Positions 58,000-64,000 of a stretch of DNA of 64,000 nt are shown here, piece after piece. The number at the start of each line of letters is the position of its first letter. Positions within the stretch are counted from its first letter, which is position 1. This stretch comes from Woeseiaceae bacterium (lineage in GTDB: Bacteria > Pseudomonadota > Gammaproteobacteria > Steroidobacterales > Woeseiaceae), in NCBI GenBank assembly GCA_030066655.1, contig JASJBE010000003.1, positions 2,032 through 66,031 on the forward strand. The letters are read 5' to 3'. The position numbers were made by a program, and so were the translations under genes. The notes beneath the pieces are model-generated. The model did no database searches. It had not been told where the DNA came from and saw only the letters and a list, made by a program, of their open reading frames with translations.

Positions 58000-58799
58000 T
58001 GTCCGACTTTCTCGCACAGATGGCGGCCACAAGCCGGGAGCGCGCCGACCAGGCGGGCGCATTCAGTGAGTCCGATTTCGACAAGCCGGTCACGCCGCTG
58101 AAACTGGACGGCTTCGAGGTCATCGCCGAGCTCAAGGACCGCTCTCCGGCCGAGGGCGCACTCAAAACAACCGGCACCAACCGGCTCGATCAGGCGCGCC
58201 GCTACGTCGATGGCGGCGCCGCGGCGATCTCGGTGCTCACGGAGCCGTCGCGATTCGATGGCTCCCTCGATCACCTCGAGGCCGTTAGCGCCGCGTGTCC
58301 CGGGACGCCCGTCATGCGCAAGGACTTTCTCGTCGACCCGGTGCAGGTCCTGGAGGCGCGCAGGGCCGGGGCGAGCGGCGTCCTGCTGATCGCCACGATG
58401 CTCGACGATCGGGCGCTTCGCGGTCTGCTCGACTGTGCGTGGGAGCACGGTCTGTTCGTGCTGCTGGAGTCCTTCGACTCGGACGACCTTAAGCGATCCC
58501 GTGATCTTCTCGAGTCCGATGGTGACAGAGCAGAAACGGGCCAGCTGCTGTTCGGCGTCAACACGCGAAACTTACGGACGCTGGCCGTCGACAGCGAGAG
58601 GCTCAAGCGACTGAGCCCCGAACTGCCCAAAGGTTTCTGCGTCGCGGAGAGCGGCCTCAAGGTCGCAGCGGACGCTGCCCGCGTTGCCCGGCAGGGCTAT
58701 CGCCTGGCGCTGGTCGGGACCGCGCTGATGCGAAGCGATGCGCCGGCCGCACTCATCGCGGCCATGCGTGAGGAAGGCACGGGGGCACTGGCGGCATGA
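57999..58799 (+). CDS. trpC: Indole-3-glycerol phosphate synthase (monofunctional)
   Basis: IAELKDRSPAEG, SVLTEP and GVNTRNL motifs. 1-nt overlap with trpD (TGATG). Confidence 0.9.
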   Translation: MSDFLAQMAATSRERADQAGAFSESDFDKPVTPLKLDGFEVIAELKDRSPAEGALKTTGTNRLDQARRYVDGGAAAISVLTEPSRFDGSLDHLEAVSAACPGTPVMRKDFLVDPVQVLEARRAGASGVLLIATMLDDRALRGLLDCAWEHGLFVLLESFDSDDLKRSRDLLESDGDRAETGQLLFGVNTRNLRTLAVDSERLKRLSPELPKGFCVAESGLKVAADAARVARQGYRLALVGTALMRSDAPAALIAAMREEGTGALAA

Positions 58800-59389
58800 G
58801 CCTGATGGTCAAGATCTGTGGCCTGCGCCACGCCGCCGACGTATCAGCCGCCGAGAAGGCGGGCGCGAATGCCGTGGGCTTCGTGTTCGCCGAGTCCGTT
58901 CGTCGCGTGACGCCCGACGAGGCGCGGGACGCCTGCCGCGACCTGTCGTCTGACGTGCGCCGCGTTGCCGTCATGAAGCACCCGCCGCAGGCGCTGGTCG
59001 ACGAGGTCGTCGACGTGTTTGCGCCGGACGTTGTGCAGACCGACGTCGAGGACTTCGACACACTTTCAGTGCCGGCCGGCGTCGAAACCTGGCCGGTGTT
59101 TCGCCAGGGGATCAGCGAACCGCGCGACCAGGCGACCTTCCTGTACGAAGGCCGCGTCAGCGGTTCGGGCACGACGGTCGACTGGCAGGTGGCGCGGTCA
59201 CACGCCGGCGCCGGCAACATGGTCCTCGCCGGCGGCTTGAGCCCCGACAACGTTGCCGAGGCGATCCTCGCGGTCCGCCCGTTCGGAGTCGACGTGTCGA
59301 GCGGCGTCGAGTCCGCACCCGGGGTCAAGGACCATGACCGAATCCACGCATTTATAGAAGCGGCCAGAGCCGCGGAGAGTAACGCATGA
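58796..59389 (+). CDS. trpF: Phosphoribosylanthranilate isomerase
   Basis: VKICGL N-terminus and the GVDVSSGVE motif. Confidence 0.9.
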   Translation: MSLMVKICGLRHAADVSAAEKAGANAVGFVFAESVRRVTPDEARDACRDLSSDVRRVAVMKHPPQALVDEVVDVFAPDVVQTDVEDFDTLSVPAGVETWPVFRQGISEPRDQATFLYEGRVSGSGTTVDWQVARSHAGAGNMVLAGGLSPDNVAEAILAVRPFGVDVSSGVESAPGVKDHDRIHAFIEAARAAESNA

Positions 59390-60639
59390 GTTCAATACTG
59401 AGTCCGGCCGAGGCCGATCGATTGCTGAAGGCGGCCATCGCGGGCGAGTTGCCCGACGACAGGGGGCGCTTCGGTCCGTTCGGCGGTCGCTATGTCCCGG
59501 AGACCCTCGTGCCCGCGTTCGAGCGGCTCGAGGAGGGTATCCGGGAACACCTGCATACCGATGAGTTCCAGTCAGAGTTTATCAATGAGCTCAAAACCTG
59601 GGTGGGTCGACCGACGGCGCTGACCTTCGCGCCACGACTCAGCGAACGATGGGGCGCCGAGGTCTGGCTCAAGCGTGAGGACCTGGCCCATACCGGCGCG
59701 CACAAGATCAACAACGCGATCGGCCAGGCCATTCTCGCGAAAAAGCTCGGCGCCAAACGCGTTATCGCGGAGACGGGTGCCGGACAGCACGGTGTCGCAT
59801 CCGCCGCGGCCTGTGCCCGCGTTGGCCTTCCCTGCACCGTGTACATGGGCGCCGTCGACATCGAGCGACAGGCGCCGAACGTCGATCGCATGCGCAGGCT
59901 GGGCGCCGCGGTCGTCGCAGTCGAGTCGGGCGACAAGACGCTGCGCGCCGCCATCGACGAGGCGCTGCGCGAGTGGGTCTCGGACCCGTCCGGTATCTAC
60001 TACCTGCTCGGCTCGGCGGTCGGCGCACACCCGTATCCGTATCTCGTTCGGGAGATGCACTCCTGCATCGGTCGCGAGTCGCGTGAGCAGATGATGGCGC
60101 AGGCGGGCGGGCTCCCCGATGCCGTGTTCGCCTGTGTCGGCGGAGGCTCCAACGCGATCGGGTTGTTCTACCCGATGCTCGCCGACGACTGCGAGATCAT
60201 CGGCGTCGAGGCGGGCGGGACCGGCACCGGTCTCGGGCAGAACGCCGCTACGCTCGCAACCGGAACGCCGGGCGTACTGCAGGGCGCTTACACGATGATC
60301 CTGCAGGACAGTGACGGCCAGGTGCAGGAGACGCACTCAATCTCGGCCGGCCTCGACTACTCGGGCGTCGGCCCTGAGCACGCGATGCTGCAGGCGACCG
60401 GCCGCGTCCGCTACGTGTCCGCCGGCGACGAGGCGGCCCTCGAAGCGCTCGAAGAGCTGTGCGAGCTCGAAGGTATCCTGACAGCGCTCGAAACTTCCCA
60501 CGCTTTCGTTGCAGCGCGGGCGTGGGCGAAGGAGAATCCCGGCAAACGTATTCTGATCGGTAACTCCGGTCGCGGTGACAAGGACATGCCGACATTGACC
60601 AAATACCCGGCGAAGGTGCACACACATGGAAGCACATGA
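59386..60639 (+). CDS. trpB: Tryptophan synthase beta chain
   Basis: PLP-lysine motif HTGAHKINN, plus GGGSNAIG. Confidence 0.95.
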   Translation: MSSILSPAEADRLLKAAIAGELPDDRGRFGPFGGRYVPETLVPAFERLEEGIREHLHTDEFQSEFINELKTWVGRPTALTFAPRLSERWGAEVWLKREDLAHTGAHKINNAIGQAILAKKLGAKRVIAETGAGQHGVASAAACARVGLPCTVYMGAVDIERQAPNVDRMRRLGAAVVAVESGDKTLRAAIDEALREWVSDPSGIYYLLGSAVGAHPYPYLVREMHSCIGRESREQMMAQAGGLPDAVFACVGGGSNAIGLFYPMLADDCEIIGVEAGGTGTGLGQNAATLATGTPGVLQGAYTMILQDSDGQVQETHSISAGLDYSGVGPEHAMLQATGRVRYVSAGDEAALEALEELCELEGILTALETSHAFVAARAWAKENPGKRILIGNSGRGDKDMPTLTKYPAKVHTHGST

Positions 60640-61399
60640 ACGAGTGAGCGAAGCAGTTCGGACTGCCAACGACGAAGGGCGTGCCGGACTGGTGCCTTTC
60701 ATCACCGCCGGCTACCCGGACGCGAAGAAGTTCATCGAGACGCTGAAGGAAGTTGCGTCGGTCGGTGACGTCGTCGAGCTCGGCATCCCGTTCTCGGATC
60801 CGATGGCGGATGGCATGACGATCCAGCGCTCGAGCTTCGAGGCGCTGAAGCAGGGCGTCAGTCTCGCGTGGATCTTCGACCGACTCGATGAGGCGAAATC
60901 GGACATCGATACACCGCTGGTGATGATGTCCTACCTGAACCCGCTGTTGGCCTTTGGTTATGACGATCTTGCCGATCGGGCGCTCGCGGCCGGGGTTTGC
61001 GCGTTTATCGTGCCCGACCTGCCGTTCGAGGAGAGCGAGGAGATTCGCAAGGCGCTCGAGGCCAAGGGGCTCGGGCTGATCCAGCTGGTCACGCCGGCCA
61101 CGCCACCCGGGCGCCTGAAGAAGCTGTGCGATGCATCGCGCGGTTTCGTCTATGCGGTCACGATCACGGGCATTACCGGCGGCGACAAGGGCCTTCCGGA
61201 CGATTTGGCCGACTACCTGGACAGCGTGTCGGAGGTCTCGGACCTGCCGGTCTGCGCGGGCTTCGGCATCCGGGCGGCGAGTGATGTGGCAGCCGTCGGC
61301 AAGCATGCCTCGGGCGCTATCGTCGGCTCGGCACTCGTCGAGGTGCTCGAGCGAGGCGAGGACGCCGCCGGTTACCTGAAGTCACTGCAGGGCTCATGA
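60626..61399 (+). CDS. trpA: Tryptophan synthase alpha chain
   Basis: LVPFITAGYPD, ELGIPFSDPMADG and GFGI motifs. 14-nt overlap with trpB. Confidence 0.92.
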   Translation: MEAHERVSEAVRTANDEGRAGLVPFITAGYPDAKKFIETLKEVASVGDVVELGIPFSDPMADGMTIQRSSFEALKQGVSLAWIFDRLDEAKSDIDTPLVMMSYLNPLLAFGYDDLADRALAAGVCAFIVPDLPFEESEEIRKALEAKGLGLIQLVTPATPPGRLKKLCDASRGFVYAVTITGITGGDKGLPDDLADYLDSVSEVSDLPVCAGFGIRAASDVAAVGKHASGAIVGSALVEVLERGEDAAGYLKSLQGS

Positions 61400-61704
61400 A
61401 GAAGCTGACCAGCGCAGATTCGCTGATACTGATCAACCACTACAAGAACATCCTGGAGAGTGAGGGCATCCCCGCCGAAGTTCGGAACCAGCACCTGGGT
61501 TCTATTCTCGGTGAGATGCCGTTCGCCGAGACCTGGCCCGAGCTCTGGGTCAGGAACGACATGGATTTCGATCGAGCGAAACAGCTGATCGATGACAGCA
61601 TCGCCGACGAGAGCCCTGAAAAGGGCTGGCGATGCGAAGCCTGTGGTGAAGACAATGAACGCCAATTCGCCGTCTGCTGGAACTGCGGCGCGGCAGCGAC
61701 CTGA
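61396..61704 (+). CDS. DUF2007-like small protein with C-terminal zinc ribbon
   Basis: ATGA overlap with trpA. The N-terminus LINHYKNILESEGIP resembles DUF2007 (putative signal-transducing protein), and the C-terminus is WRCEACG...CWNCG (CxxC-x13-CxxC). Confidence 0.6.
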   Translation: MKKLTSADSLILINHYKNILESEGIPAEVRNQHLGSILGEMPFAETWPELWVRNDMDFDRAKQLIDDSIADESPEKGWRCEACGEDNERQFAVCWNCGAAAT

Positions 61705-61759
61705 GCGGAAACCGCCCGTCATGCGCTCGTCGTTGATTCGACGTCAAATGTTGTGACTA

Positions 61760-61809
61760 CCGTAGGAGCGGCTTCCAGCCGCGATCGCGGCAAGATGCCG
61801 CTCCTACGG
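61760..61809. repeat. REP-like palindromic element
   Basis: CCGTAGGAGCGGC ... GCCGCTCCTACGG forms 13-bp arms around an inner palindrome gccgcgatcgcggc. GTAGGAGCGGCTT-type arms resemble gammaproteobacterial REP sequences. Confidence 0.7.
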
Positions 61810-61843
61810 AAATTGCCCGCCGTCTGATTGCCCTGTAGGGTTT

Positions 61844-61941
61844 CCGGATTATAGGGGTCGAACCGATTTTCAGACGGTCGAATTAGTCCGGATTATAGGG
61901 GTCGAACCGATTTTGAGGCTGTCGAATTAGTCGGTTCGACC
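61844..61941. repeat. Tandem 44-bp repeat (2 units) plus a complementary arm, overlapping the 3' end of ORF 61927..62883
   Basis: Unit 1 (61844-61887) is ccggattataggggtcgaaccgattttcagacggtcgaattagt. Unit 2 (61888-61931) differs only in the 6-nt cagacg/gaggct block. tcggttcgacc (61931-61941) pairs with ggtcgaaccga. Confidence 0.9.
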
Positions 61942-62883
61942 ACCATCCCGTTCGACGGCCAGCCGGACGACATCGTCAAAACTCAAGTTGACCGGTCGAT
62001 CCAGCACCTCGGGCGGCACAGGGTTTGTGGTTTGACGATCGTACATCGGCGCGGTCACGGGAAAACTATCGTCGACTATCGTGATGCCCAGGCCATCAAC
62101 CCAGACCGTACCGTTGCCGACGATTGTTGCCCCGAAGAACAGGTTCTCTGCGCCAGTGGGAATATCAATGATGATGGTGGATTCCGTCCAGAGCGCTTCA
62201 CTTGGCAAGAATTTCCCTTGCGAGTTCTCGAAAGCGACAACCCTGCCGGTTGGATCGTCGGCCCGAATCCACAGAGCTCCCATGACCGGAGACACGCTCT
62301 CAGAGTCTTGTCGCTTCAGGTGGCCCGAAAACCTCAGTCGCTGGTCCGCGAATCCTTCCGCTTTTACGGCCTGGACAATGCCGCCGAATTGTCGCGGCTC
62401 GGTCACTCCTGACAGGCTAAGCGACGCGCTGGCCGAACCATCCAGCACCTCTTCAAAGTCGCTCTCCAATAACATGAACGCGCCAGCCGCCCCGTCAACG
62501 ACATCCCAGCGCTCAGGAACAAACCGCTCCGAACCCGATCCTTCCTCGTCCTGAAAGCTCTCGGGTGCTTCAACCTCTGAATTCGCGGGTGTCTGAATGG
62601 AAGCGGCGAACGGCGCTGGATACCTTTGAGCGTGTGCCGGCCTGTTGGAGACAGATTCCGTGATCGAAGAAGGCGGCTCGGGTTCTGTGGAGCCTGCCTC
62701 CGAAGCAAGGGGTGCAGCCGATCTATTGGGTCGACGCTGATCGTCGGTCTGGGACGCGTCAGAGTCTGCCGCATCGATCGGTAGCGTGCTTACCTCCGCA
62801 GTGCGCTTCGGAACGAGATAATCCAGGGCCAGAAATCCAGCCAGGATGGCCACGCCGATGAAAAGTAGTGCCCGCTTCTGCAT
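61927..62883 (-). CDS. Membrane-anchored hypothetical protein (N-terminal TM, Pro/Ser/Glu-rich linker, beta-rich C-terminal domain)
   Basis: 318 aa. The TM segment is ALLFIGVAILAGFLALDYL. The last codons (GRTD-stop) are encoded by the repeat unit. I recognise no family. Confidence 0.55.
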   Translation of the reverse strand: MQKRALLFIGVAILAGFLALDYLVPKRTAEVSTLPIDAADSDASQTDDQRRPNRSAAPLASEAGSTEPEPPSSITESVSNRPAHAQRYPAPFAASIQTPANSEVEAPESFQDEEGSGSERFVPERWDVVDGAAGAFMLLESDFEEVLDGSASASLSLSGVTEPRQFGGIVQAVKAEGFADQRLRFSGHLKRQDSESVSPVMGALWIRADDPTGRVVAFENSQGKFLPSEALWTESTIIIDIPTGAENLFFGATIVGNGTVWVDGLGITIVDDSFPVTAPMYDRQTTNPVPPEVLDRPVNLSFDDVVRLAVERDGGRTD

Positions 62884-62975
62884 TACCCGCCATGCGGATC
62901 ATTCCGCGACCATTAATATCCAGGGGCCACCAGTTTACCTCAGATCGCCTGGGCGGCAGTTCACGGCTAGATGCG

Positions 62976-63070
62976 GCAGATTATAAGGGTCGAACCGATT
63001 TTCAGACCGGATTATAAGACTATAGGGGTCGAACTGATTTTGAGGCTGTCGAATTAGTCGGTTCGACCCC
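62976..63070. repeat. Second copy set of the same repeat family, overlapping the 3' end of ORF 63054..63935
   Basis: gcagattataagggtcgaaccgattttcagac (62976-63007), then cggattataagac, then tataggggtcgaactgattttgaggctgtcgaattagtcggttcgacccc (63021-63070). This last block forms a 13-bp stem with one mismatch. Confidence 0.9.
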
Positions 63071-63935
63071 TTTCCCGGATTACAACGCCTCGACTCTCCA
63101 GTGCCTTCAGGAAGCGCAGAGGATGATCGAGAGACATTGCGGCTTTCGTCTCGTATCGCTTCTGCCTGTATGGGCCGGTGAATCGGATTGGAGTATGAAA
63201 CTCCAGCACCACGTTCCTCTTCGATCCCAATGGCGACATAAATTGGTCGTCGCCGCTGAGCTCTTCCGAAACGGCTACTACTCGGCCGCTCTTGATCTGA
63301 TCAAGCGGAATATTCGCTGACCACGAGATTCCGAAGCGGTATCGAAGATGATCATTGCTCAACTCAATGGGTCGAAACTTAACGGCCTCGGATTGAGCCA
63401 GGAACCAAACCACGGACCATATAGTAAGCAGAGTCACTGCCCACGCGGCGCCAGGTCCTTTCTTGATCTCAAGAAGCATATGTATGAAAGGCAAGAACGG
63501 TAATTGGGAAAAAGCAACAAAAAGGAATACATCGTGAGCATTACTCGACTTCGCATAGCTGAATGCTGTGTGTCTTGTGTTAACACCATCGCGCTCAAAA
63601 TTCGTGAAGAACGCGTAATAGAGCACGAGCAATTCGGATCGCAGGAGCTTAACTAGAAGTTGCGACCTCAATGTTGCTGTCAGAGCGGTTTGAATCGCAA
63701 AGTCATGCGAGCGTCGGGCGTTTCCGTGTTCCCTTACGAGGGCCAAGAACTGGGTGACTTTGAGATAATCCAAAAGTAGAACGACCAGAGTCAGGGACAA
63801 CAGAATCGCGATCTCGTGGCCGAGTAATTGCTGCTCTCTCAAGACTGAAAAATAGACGAGGCATATCATCAAGAAGAGACCGAGAAAGAACCTCGTCTTC
63901 TCTCTGGTCATCGTCACTTGATTTCTCGCTATCAC
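63054..63935 (-). CDS. Low-GC orphan membrane protein (about 5 TM plus a soluble C-terminal domain)
   Basis: 293 aa. It is much more AT-rich than the core genes (23/60 G+C at 63481-63540). It also ends in GRTD-stop inside the repeat. The start is ATG 63935 or 63911. Confidence 0.55.
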   Translation of the reverse strand: MIARNQVTMTREKTRFFLGLFLMICLVYFSVLREQQLLGHEIAILLSLTLVVLLLDYLKVTQFLALVREHGNARRSHDFAIQTALTATLRSQLLVKLLRSELLVLYYAFFTNFERDGVNTRHTAFSYAKSSNAHDVFLFVAFSQLPFLPFIHMLLEIKKGPGAAWAVTLLTIWSVVWFLAQSEAVKFRPIELSNDHLRYRFGISWSANIPLDQIKSGRVVAVSEELSGDDQFMSPLGSKRNVVLEFHTPIRFTGPYRQKRYETKAAMSLDHPLRFLKALESRGVVIRERGRTD

Positions 63936-64000
63936 GGCAGCGCTCTACAGTGGAGCTGCGCGGTACTCCGAAAGACGGCCGCGCAACTATTGCGGACCCA

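Noticed and set aside
61898-61941. tRNA fragment or tRNA-derived attachment site, suggested by GGTTCGACC, which resembles a T-arm
   Set aside because: No acceptor, D or anticodon arms can be drawn around it. The similarity is limited to the TTCGA pentamer within a palindromic arm.
61844-63070. CRISPR array
   Set aside because: There are only two tandem units with no spacers at the first site, and about 1.5 units at the second site 1.1 kb away, separated by a protein-coding ORF. No cas genes are present. The pattern is not repeat-spacer-repeat.
61888-63070. Canonical integron attC sites
   Set aside because: The core-like heptamers GTCGAAC and GTTCGAC each deviate from RYYYAAC and GTTRRRY. 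The stem is perfectly paired, without extrahelical bases or an unpaired central spacer. The folded part is about 46 nt, shorter than typical attC sites. No intI or attI is present in the window. I keep this only as a hypothesis in the findings.
1-64000. Prophage, IS element, integrative element, toxin-antitoxin or known defence system anywhere in the window
   Set aside because: None of the six-frame translations shows an integrase, transposase, phage structural gene, restriction-modification gene, Cas protein, reverse transcriptase or recognisable toxin/antitoxin pair.

Overview
This is a chromosomal segment from a high-GC gammaproteobacterium. Hand counts of 60-nt lines give 43/60 G+C at 59941-60000, against 28/60 at 14201-14260 and 23/60 at 63481-63540. 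I had no search tools, so every call rests on protein motifs read from the translations, gene order, start/stop geometry and repeats read directly in the DNA.

The window is almost entirely housekeeping. In order it contains:
- a GltB-like FMN protein, a DUF5996-like protein and a Rieske-ThDP fusion enzyme
- an aa3-type cytochrome c oxidase and assembly cluster (coxB-coxA-small ORF-ctaG-coxC, DUF2909, SURF1, SCO-like, cyoE)
- a BioC-like methyltransferase, comF and ubiA
- a low-GC islet of about 1.3 kb with orphan membrane proteins
- recG-ridA-spoT-rpoZ-gmk, yicC, a PP2C phosphatase, rph, rdgB, hemW, rpmE, gltA
- mrcA divergent from pilMNOPQ-aroK-aroB, then a dGTPase-like gene, pyrF, hemE
- fadD, tesA divergent from ybbA-ybbP, a NUDIX gene, a 2-hydroxyacid dehydrogenase, ycgN, ppc, yajQ
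- two unknowns and a DASS transporter
- a complete trpEGDCFBA operon preceded by a WWW leader peptide and attenuator, plus a DUF2007 rider gene
- a repeat-rich accessory tail (61.7-64 kb) with two orphan ORFs

I found no CRISPR array, tRNA or rRNA gene, transposase, integrase or recognisable defence gene, and no convincing novel multi-gene system.

The best candidates for follow-up are:
- the 44-bp repeat family that bounds cassette-like single-ORF modules at 61.8-63.1 kb
- the 198-bp nested-palindrome element between pilQ and aroK
- the Rieske-ThDP fusion cluster
- the DnaA-box palindrome upstream of rpmE
- small unannotated ORFs at 8005-8121, 14322-14381 and 30529-30618
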